From Vicugna vicugna (Eukaryota): DNA of 64,000 nucleotides. Every line of letters starts with the position of its first letter. Positions within the stretch are counted from its first letter, which is position 1. The position numbers were made by a program, and so were the translations under genes. Below the pieces are notes generated by a model. The model was not told the DNA's origin and did not search any database. It saw nothing but the letters and a program-made list of their open reading frames with translations. The stretch covers positions 3,051,370 to 3,115,369 of the forward strand of contig MU057744.1 in NCBI GenBank assembly GCA_013265495.1, written 5' to 3'. Of the stretch, positions 24,223 through 36,932 are shown piece after piece.

Positions 24223-24559
24223 GAAAGTCTCTCTTAAATTTTTTTTTGTTTTAATTTTTTTTGTCTGTTAATCTATAGTACTCATACCCCAAAATACCAG
24301 TTTTCCTGTCCACCAGCCATTATATGGCAGGACTAAGTTTACTGCGCTCTCTGCCCAGCATTTCATATGTAAATTTGTTTGTCAGTTCAGTGTACCATAT
24401 CAAGCAATTGTTTTAATTTTCATACTAGTGTCTACGTATGGGGTCAAAACATTTTGAAGTTTGAAAATCTTTTTCATCAGAAGCCACAGCCACTTCTGAC
24501 CCAGTCCATGTGGGCCACATGCCTCTGATGACTTCCTGGAGAAAAGGATAAAGGAAGTG

Positions 24560-24760
24560 GGGGCTCATTTATTGACATTCTGTTAGGGATCATCCTCATT
24601 ATTTGTTTATCATGTACGTACTTGCATTCTAATCATTCGATCCTCCTAACAGCCCTGTAGAAGGGGTATCATCCCTGTTTGTCAGATGAAAAGACAGCCC
24701 CTGAGATTTTGGTTCATGAAGAACTGAGATATGTACTCAAGTCTGTCTGGTGCCCAAACC
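24560..24760 (-). mobile_element. MIR
   Basis: GCTCATTTATTGAC…TCATTCGATCCTCCTAACAGCCCTGTAGAAGGGGTATCATCCCTGTTTGTCAGATGAAAAGAC. Confidence 0.75.
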
Positions 24761-26571
24761 CAAAAATGGTTAGTACACTATCATAAAAAGAAATGGTGTG
24801 TGTCTGTCATCCAAACTTCCTGAGACTTAATGATTAAGTTTAATGTAGATTCTGGATACTAGCATTCTATCCAGAGGATTTTTAAAAGAAATAAATGTCA
24901 TTCCTTTAGAAGATTTCCACAGACTCAAATACTTGTTTTACTCTGTAAAGGAAAGTTTCACAGGTAGTGAAATGAAGAGACTGGAAGTCATCATTTATAT
25001 AGGCGAAGAAACTAAATTGTTGTTGGAAATGTCTACAGACCTTTTATTTCTGCCATTAATATCCCATCATTATAATTTGTGCTGGTGGAATTTGTATTAT
25101 CTTGTAGAAATGCTTACAGCCTCATCAACTTGCTTACCTTCTCAAGAAGGGTAGTGTTTTCTTTAATCCGAGGTGGATTAAGGAGCTGCATGGAAAGAGA
25201 CTGGAAAGGGCCATCCAGGTGCAGATTCTCTCTCTTGTTTATATAATCAAAATTATGAATATTTATTTGTTTCTAAAAATAAGTAGATTATCACAGATGT
25301 GGCTTAACTGAAATGAGGAAGATGAGGTCAGCATAGAGCATGCATAAAATTGTGAGTTTCTCAGATAGCTAACTTAATAAGAGTTACTCGAATGTCATTA
25401 AAATAACCAATGTTGGGGAAAATGAGGAAGGTAGAAGAGAGAGGAATAGATTAAGCTCCAAAAAATAGAAACAAATTCTAATTACTTGTATACGAGTTCT
25501 CCAGACATATGACTGCCCTTTTCATTATTGCTGTTTTTTATCCAAAGCATTTAACAATGTACTACTTTAATAATTATAAAGAATTTCAAATGGGCTGATA
25601 GAATTTTTAGGTTTTTATACTATAGCATTGCTCAGTTTTAAGGCAGAGAGTCAAAATGTCAATGAAAAAGTTGTGTTTTGTGACTTTTTAAAAAATTGAT
25701 GGGAGACGGGCATAGTGAACTGAAAGTTCTCTTGTTTATGGTAACCCTGTGGATAGCTAGGTGGACATTTGACAAGAAGCTGTTTGTAGGAAGCTAATTT
25801 AAAGTGGAAACAAGTAGTTGGAAAAATGGGGAAATCCTGCTGGAAAAAGTGTGGCAAGCTCGCATCAAATAGGAGTGCTTGGGTAATTTACTGTTCTAGG
25901 AAATCCAGCAGCTGGTTTATCTGAAGCATTCTTCTTTTTCATGAGCAGTGGAACAAGGGCAGGAAATGATTCAAAATGCATGCTGACTTTCCTGTAGAAG
26001 GTTTCTGTAAACATTTAATAACAAAGAAGGATTTTTAGAAGCTTAATTCTTAGCCATTTCAGGAGCTCTTTAATGAGATAATGCATGTATTTCTAACTCT
26101 GGTTCCTTGGAAATTATTCTAGAATGAAGAAGTTCAAATAGAATGAAGAGGAAACAAATTTCTGCTTAAGCCATTCATTAAAAGTACACCATACTAAAAC
26201 GTAACACTTAGAATTAGTTTTACAGAATAATGAAGATTTTTAACCAAACATTTAGAAGATAATCCAAAGATCTAATGCAAAGTAGAATAGGTATAACATT
26301 TTATAAAACTACACTTAATTGTTCCAAGTAAACAGACAGTAGGACTGGTATAAACAGTAGTTAAAATCCTAAAGGATGCAAGAACTAGAATAGAGCAGAG
26401 GAGACATGCAGGTCACACCATGTGAAAACATACCGACAGAAAATCTGGAGAAAGATCTTAATGGAACTGATTACCTGGAAGCAGGATTATTATTATTACT
26501 TTTTAAAGTCATCCCAGGAGATTAAATGTAATCTTTTCATAAAGTCCCCATAAAGAAAGAAATTTCCTTCC

Positions 26572-26770
26572 TGGGGGCTAGAAGGTGGGGAAGACACAGA
26601 GGTGCTCATCAGAGGGCGCAGACACTCAGTTACAAGAGGAACACGTTCTGAGGGTCTAATGTACCACAGTAGGTAACAATAGTATATTTATTGCATATTT
26701 AAAATTTGCTGAGAGTAGATCTTAAGTGTTCTCATCACACAAAATAAAAGATAAAAGAAAAATGAAGAAA
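26572..26770 (+). mobile_element. L1 (L1MA-type) short 3' fragment with A-rich tail and probable TSD
   Basis: CAGTTACAAGAGGAACACGTTCTGAGGGTCTAATGTAC…AAAATTTGCTGAGAGTAGATCTTAAGTGTTCTCATCACACAAAA; flanks AAGAAATTTCCTT / AAAGATTTCCTT. Confidence 0.85.
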
Positions 26771-27126
26771 AAGATTTCCTTTTCCTTTTATTTTCTGTAG
26801 TGATAGAGAGAAATTAAATTCTTTATTTTATTCAAAATATTACCTAAGTATTTAAAACCATTTTCAATTCTCCTGGCTGCCAATAGAATTGTATTTCCTA
26901 AAATACCTATTGCAGTGTTTAGTTGCACTGCAGCTAATTATATTTTAAACAGAAATACATTTTCATCGGAAGTTTTGCCTTTGTCTTGTTCCAGAGTCAT
27001 TAAGAGGACATGGGTAGGCAAAAAAATATGTTAAAACCCTTTTTTAAAGGATATACATCCCTTGGTATCAGATTCTTCTTGAGTCTAAATTTTCTTTGGC
27101 CTGAGAGGAACGAAAATCAAATGCTG

Positions 27127-27598
27127 TGTATTAGTTGCCCCTATTTTAAAAATAAATTCAGACTTTATAGCTTAAATAGTACAAATTTATTGTCTCGCAT
27201 TTCTGGAGGGCAGAGTCCAAAATCAAGATGTTGATAGGGCCTCACTACCCCTGCAGGTTCCAGGCGAGAATCTGTTCCTTGACTTTTCCTGCTTCTGCTG
27301 GCTGCCGGTATTCCCGGGACTGTGGCCACGTCCCTGTGGTCTCTGTCCCCATCTTCACGTTACCTCTTCCTCTCTGGGGGTCAGATCTCCCTTTGCCTTC
27401 TTACACAAGTAGCACATTTAGGGCCCACTATTAATAAAGATAATCCAGGATAATCTCCCCATCTCAAGAGCCTAAATTTAACCATGTCCACGAAAACCCC
27501 TTCCCACACAAGGTAACATTTATAGGTTCCAGAGACTCAGGATTCCACCCTAATCCTCAGATTAGGTTATCTCCAGGGGGCATTATTCATCCTACTGA
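27127..27598 (-). mobile_element. MLT1C-like MaLR solo LTR
   Basis: TGTATTAGTT…AAATTTATTGTCTCGCATTTCTGGAGGGCAGAGTCCAAAATCAAG…GAGAATCTGTTCCTTG…ATTTAGGGCCCAC…GATAATCCAGGATAATCTCCCCATCTCAAGA…AAGGTAACATTTATAGGTTCCAG…ATTATTCATCCTAC. Confidence 0.9.
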
Positions 27599-30500
27599 AT
27601 GCTGCAACATGTAGTTTTTAAATCTGATACAGTTTGAGGAATATATTGGAATGTAGGTGTTAACTGGAGCTTTTAGTTAACTAAAACTAATCAAAGCTAC
27701 CATAACTGTAATAGTGCAAAATGGGAAATGTTTTGGGTGAAAATAAAATAGCTTTGTTTCTGTTACTTTTCACCCCCAGTATTTCATCTGTTCTCAATTA
27801 ATGACATCCTACTATAAAGCTCCATTGCTCTGTGCTAATTAAATACTGTAGAAATCAAGTTTTTAATGATTCAGTAAAAATTGATTTAATTTACTAAAAA
27901 TTTATTCTGCAAGGTTTCTTGTAAAGACAATTTACCTAAATGTCTGAATGACTAAAAGGAGACCTAAACAGTCTTTGTGATGTAGACTGGAGGTAGATTG
28001 GAATACTGCTGTTAGGCATTTTTAAATTTCCACAATTAGGTGAATAACTGTTTTGTTTTCTGGTGATAATTTTCCTCACATTCAGGCAGTTTGTTATTGT
28101 GGCTAAAGAAATTAAGAAGATAAAATAACAAGTTCTGATCTGGCTTTGTTTTAATAGCATGTCCAACTGAGAAAATGATACATGCTAAAGTACCATGTGG
28201 GCAAAACACTGTTTTCATTCCAAGCATCTTTAATTTTGATTCAGCTGCACATCCCCAAGAGCAGGCCAGGCTATAGATATTAATGTGAACCCGGAGATTA
28301 TGTCATTGTGTCTGTTATTATGGTAATCAGCTAAAGTGAATTACCAGTGTCCAGCAAGACATTACTGACTTTGCAGAGCATTCCACTAGCAATTTATCAT
28401 AGTAATGAGAGGTAGAAATGACAGGTTAATTCCTTAAGTGGTGGCAGTTATACCTGCTAATGGAAAGGGAGGCTGTGTTTATTAAAACATTATATCTTTT
28501 GTATCAGAGTTGTTCATCTTTACTTAGATGCCTAATTTCAGTTCCCTTGAGTCAAGTTCTTTTGTGCATGTTTATTACCTTTTAAGAATTCTTTGGACCC
28601 AGGTCAGTTGTTTACTTTTATACTAAATTGCTGCCAAATGTCATGGGACATTAATTCCCTTTGGGACATGAAGATTTCTCCTAGGAATGTAGATTGGAAG
28701 GAAACTTTGAGTTAAACGTTTGCAAGTCAGTATTGAGTTTTAGGCTCTTCAGCACTACCAGTCCCCCAGCCTTGCAGAACAGTAAAGGAAGGGTTATCCA
28801 CGAAGTGCAGCTTTCTCCAGGTAAACAAATACGATTCCTTTCACAAATCACAAATATATATGCTGTGTCTGGGTGTGAGTGTGTTCTCAGTGGTAGACTA
28901 AAAATTCTTTGCAAAAATGTACCAAATTTGTGTAGCGTTAAATTAACTAGGTCGAGATCTTTATTCCAGAATGACTAGAGGACCTTATTCTAAGAAAAGC
29001 ATCATTGTATTAGAATGATTGGAGTAGTCATATTCCGTAAGTGTCTCAGAAACCTAAATTGAATTCCTTGCTAAAACTTTTATGAGTGGCCTTTCTCAAG
29101 AGTAAGCAAAGTTGTAACTAGCCTATCAAAGGAATTCTCAAGAATGACTGGTGGGGGCTGTTCCACCTATCTGTGACCTCATTAAACTGGCAAGCTCTCT
29201 TCACGCATCTGCTCTCTAGTTTAAAACAAGAACTCGATAAAATCCGCCTTCTGATGTAATCGAGATCTTTCTTCTCTGTACAACGCAGGTATGCAGATAG
29301 AACTCATTTCCTTTCTGTCAACTCTGAACTGCTAGTTAGAGCACTTTCAGAATTGACTTTGAAGTGGTATTTGAGTGGTGTCTTACATACTGTTTGTTTG
29401 CTGGTAGGAACGGCCAGCCTCAAGCCACCACCGCCCCAGGTGAAGATTGCTTCTGTGAGTGGAGCTGAGTGTGAGGCCTCCATAGTATTGTGGAGGATGT
29501 GGGGCGTGTGATCTGGCTGTCTCCTGGGGGCGCTGGGAGGCCAACCCATCCCCGGCTTCACTTGCCCTGTTGGCATTTAAGGATGAAGCATGGGTAAGTG
29601 GTTAGAGTCTGGCCTGTTTCGGCAGAACCTAGTGGCTTTCCCTGGCTGAGACCCCATCTTTGGCAACTGCTGGTGGGTCCTCTCCAGCCCCCGAGGGGTC
29701 TTCAGTGTATCCCGCTGGGCTCCGACTAGGCTCTTTGCAGCCCTTGTCTCCCCTCTGTGATGGCCTGCGCTGAGAGGCTGCCCTGCAGCCCCTTCCGAGC
29801 CATCTCCGCCTCACTGGAGCAGAGGGAGGCCCGGATGTGGAACTTCCAGGGACTTGCCTGCCTGGTTGGCTTCCCCTTCTTGTGGCTGTACCCTAGGCTG
29901 ATGTGGGCAGCCTCTCCTGAGTCCAGGCTGGAGAAGGGGGACGCAGGCCCTGCTGTGCTGCTTTGTTCTCTCTTCTTTGGCCTACCTTCCCATCCCGTGG
30001 GCGGGGGAGAGACGGGCGGAATAGAGAGCACGCACCTCTCACCCTTGGCCTCCTCCCTTATCTCCTCTTCCCTGGCCTCCCCTCTTCTGCTGTCCCAGGA
30101 CCCTCAGAAGGACAGCTTTTCCTCGACCATGTGCTTCTTCTGGGCGCAAACCTCGTGATTCATCCCGGGGGAGGGTAGGGGCATGGTCCCCACTCGCGGG
30201 GCATCTGCAGTTCAGGTCCCTCTGCTTGGCTCTTGATAAATTAAAGGAAAAGGGACAGCACCTGGGATTCAGTAAGTCTTTTCTCTGTGTATCTGGCCTG
30301 GCTCTCAGTGTCTCCTGCTGAAGACGATCAAGTTCTTTCCATTTTGTGTCCAGAAAGACAAAGGTTACATTGAAACATAATCAAAGGAGAAAAACTAGAA
30401 TATGTTGGTTTAATATTTACGGTTACATTATCGCTACTGTGTGTGTGTGATGCACGTGCATGTAACGTAAGTGCACGCCTCTCAGTCGTCTGTGGGCCAC

Positions 30501-33500
30501 ATGACAGTAGGAAGGCTAGTTTGCTCTCAGTTGCGAGTATGGAAGTGCATACCTCATAGGTTGTCATTTACAGCGGTGAGCAGGGCTTGCACGTGGAGTG
30601 CCAGATACAGGCTTCAAGGGCTGTAATGATACAGGCCTCCTACTGACCCTTTTGACCTTGAGCAACTCATTGCACAGATCAACCCAGTTAACTCATCATA
30701 CAGTAACTTAGATGACTGCTAAGGAAAGCGATGAATGAATCTGTAATTATTTTAAACTTAAGAAATGTAAATACTGTGATATGCAGATTATTAGGAAATA
30801 CATCTACGCATTGACAGAAGGTTGGTAGTTGCGATCAATTTGTCAAACCTATGCCTTTGGCAAGTGATTGTATCTGTTGGGGTTTGAGAGGTCTACTCAT
30901 CTTCCCAGTATGAGTGTGAGGGGCTGATGTGGGTTTCGCAGTGTGGAGCCTCTGAAGGGATGGCGGGGGCTCCTGCGGGGCTGGAGTGTATTGGGGAGGG
31001 GCGGCCCCACTCCTCCCCGTCGGCCTGAGGGACTTGGGCTTCCAGGTGACTTCCGCAGGCTTGCAGTTTTCCCCATTGTGCGTTATTTGGCTGCTTTAAC
31101 TGAATCCTGAAGATTCCTCTAAATTTTGTGACCTTTTCCTTTCCTGGGAAATCAAAAGGGACATTTATATTTTACTATGTTGTAATAAGAACAATAAAAT
31201 GAAAGGTCCAAGGTGGTGCTTCTCAAAAGAAAAGGTCAGAAGCTCCCGTTCTCCCTGGGGAGGCAGTAGGGCTGTGGTGGGCGTGGGAAATCTCTTCCTT
31301 GTCTCTTTCACACTTGTCAGCAGTCTCAGATGGCACAGTGATTTGTGATTGGCCAGTTTGTCTTTGTACTCAAATCAAAGGCCTGCAGATCAGTGTTACT
31401 TATTTGAGGCTGAACATTGATCTGTTCATTGTTTCAAATAATTGATGGTTGAGGGCACTTTTCAAATAAAGATGGTGAAATAGTACAGGATATTCCTTCA
31501 AATCGTATCGTTTGCTCCAAAATGTGAGTTGGTTTAATGTGAAATAGACTTTGGAGAGAAGTGAGTGACTTAGAGGTCGTCGTAGGGAGTGGGGCACACT
31601 GATTTAGATTCTCTGAACTACTTGCTACCTTTGAGGTGGAGTAAAGATACTTTCATTCCCTTCTCTTCTACACAAACACTTGCTAACAAATAGAAGAATG
31701 AGAAATAAACTCAGCTGCATCTTCTCTGATACTAGGAGCTGTAAACAATTCTGAGTGAGTGGGAAGAGGAGCAGTGCTGGGTTAAATAGAGAGTTTTATG
31801 TGAAACTCTGAAGAGTGAACCTGAGCCCCTGGTACCAAACCTCCTTCTGTGTTGGGTACTGGAGACCACCCACTGCAGAGGGGGCTGGTGGGGCTTTATC
31901 TGGGTGAACTGAATCTACCCAGAGAAATGACCTAAAGATAATGACCATCGAGGGGCTGCCAGTTCAGACTCACAGTCCAGGTCTGCCATCTGTACCCGGA
32001 AGTGGGCAAGTGCTCTGCATGCCCCAGAACCTTCCGTCAGCTCGTTGGGGCTGACGGGGAGCAGACAGCCAAGGAGCACCAGCTGTTTGAGGGAAGCCTC
32101 TGGCGTAAGCATTCCAGGAACTTAGTGCAGAGGAAACTGCAGGGGAAAATTTTAACAAGGAACTGATACAAAAGCATTTCTCTCAATGAAAGGACAGAGT
32201 CTCCAGATTGGAGAGACACGTCATTGTCCTGCACTGGACGAATGGCGGTCCAGGCAGAGGTGTGTGGCTGTGACTGCCAGAGCAGCGTGGAGCCCTGGTC
32301 CTTGGCCCAGAGCAGCCTCAGACTCACGCCCTCCCTTACGCCTCTGGGACCACACCAGCCTGTTTGGGCAGGGTCGGGACAAAGCCACCGTCAGCTGCCC
32401 CTTGTTCCCACAGCAGCCTCCCTGTGGCCCCCACAGCTTTCTGCTTTGGACCTCTTTACTCTCGGGGGTTTCTGTCTCCCCGCTTCGTTACTCTCTCCTG
32501 CCCTGTCGGGGCAGCTCTGGCCCCGGATATGCCCACCTCCAGGTGAAAATGGTCAGAGCTCCAGCTCCTTTTCTCTTAACACTCATCGTACTGATTTGTG
32601 AGTGCAGACAGGTACGTGGGCCTTGGGAGTTGGCGTCTCTTTCCCCAGTTGAATTCAGCCTCTCCGTCCCGGTCAGTGCATCAGAGAGGGGCTGACTTTC
32701 TTCACTTTTTTCCCCAGAAGGAGAAGCTGTGCCACGTGCCGTCAGCTGCCGTTTAATTGTGAGATTGCCACGTGTCAGACACTACACTGAGCAGGGTACA
32801 CACAGTGTCTCTGTTACCCGTACATGCGTCCTGTAGGAAAAGTACAGTGCTCTTTGTTGTAACTTGGGTTTGATTGAAAGCTGCATTATCAGCCATCTGC
32901 CGCCCGAAGCCCTGTGAGTTGCCACCTGGGAGTCACGGTGCGCAGGGTACAGACGCAGCTGCTGGGGGGGTGCTCCTTTTCCCAGAGCGGTCTTGACCCC
33001 TGGGGATTTTCTACAGTGGCTGCTGAGGAATCCCTTGGCCATCTTGATGAGATGGAGAGGGGATTTCAGTGGATACGCTTTTCACAAATTCAGTCCTCTT
33101 TTTCAAGCACTTAGGTAGATAACAGATACTGCTAATATCAACCTGTCTGAAAATGACAAGCTTAAGCTGTTCCTAGGCTGTATATTAGTAAATTATTGTT
33201 AGAAATCTGATATTGATGAAGGTCATGTTGAATGAGATTTCCTAATTCAGTATAAACTGGCATCAGGATATGCACGTTTTCCTGCCGGGTTTCATCGTAA
33301 TTAATACTCATCAGCAAAGAGCAAACTCATAAATGTATATTTGTCTCCACTGCTCTTTTAAGCCATTTTATTTAAGTGATGACTTGTCTTCTCATTAGAT
33401 ATTTAATATGTCAAACCTTTGTTCTCAGCGGTGACTGGGGCTTTATACATCATTTTGATGCAGTGATGCTCCTCCAGTCAAACAGTTCAGAAAACGGTGC

Positions 33501-34869
33501 CTATGTTCCTGATGGATGTGATCTCGACATGTAATCCAGATGCAGACCCATTTATCAGATTTCTTTCAAGGTGATTACTTTATTTCAGAGAACAAATAAA
33601 ATCATGTTGTTAAGGATTCCACAAAACATGTCAAAAAGAAAAATGAGCCTGTATGCAGGTAGCCCTCTCTGGTCTGAGAATTTAGACCCCTGTTTTGAAT
33701 TTGGCTTTCACGTCCAATACTCTTTTCTCCTCTAAAACATTCTTACCTTCTGCTTCACTGAATGGGTGTTGTATCCTCTCCTGTTGCCCCCAGACTTGGA
33801 GGGGTTCTTTGGCATACCTGACCCTATGAGTCCCATGCAGAGTGTACTCCATGTGTGTGTGGAGGCCGCACAGAGCACAGATCCCTGTGTCTTTTCTCCA
33901 CTCCTCCCCCTCCCAGTTCAGGCTCATCTTCCCTTCCAGCACCTGCTCCCACAGCTGGTCAGGGCCAGTCCCCCCTCAGCCCTCACCTTCCCCTTTCGTC
34001 TCTGGTCTCTGCTTCTGCCCTTCCAGTGCTCTGCTGGGAGCTAACCAGGCGCTTTGACTGAGGGCCCTTTGTGTGAGGAAGATGAGAGATGAGGATCCTG
34101 AGCAGCAGCATCCTGAAGTCGACTCCAGAGAAGACCCTCTGTAGCGAGTGTCTCTGATTAACTTCACCTGAATGTGTCCTAGGAACAGCACTTGGTCCTG
34201 GGTTCCCTGGCACGTCCCAGGAGATTCTTCTCTCTGAGCCGTATTCTTCCCAAGGTGATCGCTACGTAGGAGAAGAACAAAACTGTAAATGCACAGGACC
34301 TGTGTTAAAAACGTTACACGAAATGCACACGGTCTCATATAGCAGCACATACAGGTCACCATAAGGCATGCCTTTCACTCCTTCAGCCCCTGCTGGCATC
34401 GCTCTGCTGGCGGGATCTCCTCTAGCTGGCCCTCACGCCTGGCAGATCTCTAGAGTCGTCCTGTTCTAAATAGTTTCACTGAGCTTTATTCAAAAGTGTT
34501 TCTCTGAGCTGAAATCCCATTTTATAGATATATTAATCTTGTATTTCTTTAATATCTTCCCTTTCTGACCCACAGATTACATGTAATCCTGTCCCCATAG
34601 CTTCCTCCTTCTGGACCGAGTCTTCCACACCAGGTGTCATCGTGCCCTGGAAAGGCTCCTAATTAGTTGTGCAGTTAGTGGTGGAGGTCAGATCTGATCT
34701 CTTGTCTCCTGGTCTGGTGCTGTTTGCACTCTACAAAGACGGCCCTGCTGTCGTCACGTCCAAAAGCAGCCCGCACTCACCTGGCAGTCCACCGAAAGTT
34801 AGTCTTTTATTTGCACACAGCTGTTTTAGTTGAGGGAAAGAGATATTTGATCAGCCTACGCCTTGTCCC

Positions 34870-35530
34870 ATTTTAGTGTGCTCTCAGCAGAGCAGCCAAA
34901 GTGATTCTGGTAAAACGTGCGTCAGGGCTTGCCGCGTGTCTGCCGTGTCCCTGTTGTGGCTCCCGTTGCACTCGGAGCCAGAGCCCTCTCAGTGTCTCGG
35001 GGTTGGCGTGGTTTGGGTGTTTTGTCCCATTGAGCCTCCTCTCCCGCTTCTGCTTTTCACTTCTCTCTGGCCCGTGGTCCTTGCTGGTCCTCATCCCTGC
35101 CTCACCAGCTTCCTCCCCGGGGCCCTTGCTCCAGCTCGTGGCCTGGAGCACTCTGCTCCGGATGCACCGGGCCAGGTCCTCCACCCACTCCCGGTCTTCG
35201 GTTAAGTCTCACGTCCTCTACCCGGCCTGCCCAGACTGGTCCTGTCGTGACCAGGCTGTCCCCCTCCTCCCCTGAACCCTCGACACTCACTTCCAGACAC
35301 TCTCAGCTTACTCTGTGTACTCTTTTTTGCCATGTTCTTATCACTTACTCGTGTTCCATAAAATTCACTTTTTTATTGGACTTATCTTCTGTTGTCTTAG
35401 TCCCTCTGCCATAATTTACATTCAATAAAGGCAATGACTTTCATCTTTATTATTTTTATGACCATCATCATCATCACCTGGGTGAACAATGCCTAGCATG
35501 TACTTAATGTTCAAAAAACATTTCTTGGGT
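34870..35530 (+). mobile_element. L2 3' portion
   Basis: CAGAGCAGCCAAAGTGATTCT…TGTGGCTCCCGTTGCACTC…GCCTGGAGCACTCT…GAACAATGCCTAGCATGTACTTAATGTTCAAAAAACATTTCTTG. Confidence 0.7.
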
Positions 35531-36516
35531 AGAAGTATTAATCCTACCCAGTGGACGATTTGGCCCTAATATTATCTGTAGAACAGAGGACACCATTCCA
35601 GAATTTACTAATGCTGATTTGATAGTGGCAGAAACTATGCCTTGATTCTTATGTAAAATAAGTATGTCAGTGTAATGAACTCTTTAAACCTTATAGGTCC
35701 CAAAAGAAGAACTGAAGGATTTAAATTAAAGAGTTTTTGTTCTGTTTTCCAACTGGGATACTACTTCCCTGGTTAACTTTCTCCTTTTAGGAAAACTGAT
35801 GTTAAACAAAGATTCTTCATGTTTATTACCACTCACCCGTTAAAATCCTCCGAGTAAGGCAGAACAGAAGCGGGTGACGGTTCCTCTTTTTGCCTGGAAG
35901 CCTGAATTGAGTGGGTGGTATTTCTTGCACTTCTCCTTAACCACGGGCACCGGTCTGCCGTGAATGCCGAGGGAGAAACTGCACGTCCTAGGAGAGCACG
36001 AGGCCAACCAGAATAGCTCCTGATGTTTTACTCCTGGCATCTTATGGGAGTCTCCGAGGAGAAACCGGAGTGTTTGCTGGCTTTCTGTGTTTTGGACTGG
36101 TTGCACCTCACCATATCTCACTTCCTAGAGAAAGTGGAGCTCCTTTGAGAGTGACAGTGGTTTGGCATCATGGCTCCTGGTTCAGGTCTGTGTCACCGGC
36201 GGTAGGCATGGGCTGCAAGTTCCGGGTGTTTAGTGGTATTTAGCAGAGGGATTCATCTTTTCCCCTAGGTTGAGCCAGTCATTGGGTTCATGATAAAGTC
36301 AGATCTCTTTGGCGGTAGGGAAAACTATAAAGAGCCAGGAAGACGTCTGGTCTGACCTTGTCTCTGGTCAGTGACGGCCACATACAGCCATCACTCAGGA
36401 CTTGAGCAGGACAGCTGTGTGGTGACACGCTGGGTCTGAACACGTGGGTGCATGCTCTCCCATGAGCTGCGTACATTTTTAGTATTTTGAGCACACACAT
36501 ACACATATGTATATTT

Positions 36517-36932
36517 AATTTTTTATTGTGGCAAAAACTGCGTCATTGAATTTACCATCTTAACTATTTCTAAGTGTATAGTTCAGTTATGTTAAGTATA
36601 TTCACACTGTTGTGCAATGAATCTCCAGAACTTTTTCATCTTGCAAAACCAAAGCTCTCTTTATTAAATGCAGCTCCTGTTCCCACCCCCCTACTCCAGC
36701 CCCTGGCACGCACATTCTACTTTCTATTTCTATGAATTTGACTCCCCTAGGCACCTCATATGAGTGGAATCAGACTTTTTTTGGTCTTATTTTGTCTTTA
36801 TTTGTCATTTTTGTGGCTGGCTTATTTTACTTAGCTTAATGTCCTTAAGGGCCATCCATGTTGTGGCACATGCCAGGATGTCCTTCCTTTTTAAAGCTGA
36901 ATAATATCTGATTGTGTGTGTATGCCCTTCAT
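36517..36932 (-). mobile_element. L1MB-type 3' end
   Basis: TTTTATTGTGGCAAAA…TTTACCATCTTAACTATTTCTAAGTGTATAGTTCAG…TCCAGAACTTTTTCATCTTGCAAAAC…ACCTCATATGAGTGGAATCA…TGGCTTATTTTACTTAGC. Confidence 0.9.

Noticed and set aside
26200..26400. Possible very old L1ME ORF2 remnant (similarly ~12400-12630) and a possible Tigger-like remnant at ~6800-7075
   Set aside because: Only patchy resemblance; needs a profile search.
33740..33820. Strong minus-strand donor (AAG|GTAAGA near 33745) with an upstream open frame
   Set aside because: No convincing upstream acceptor and no recognisable peptide; isolated donor-like 9-mers are common.
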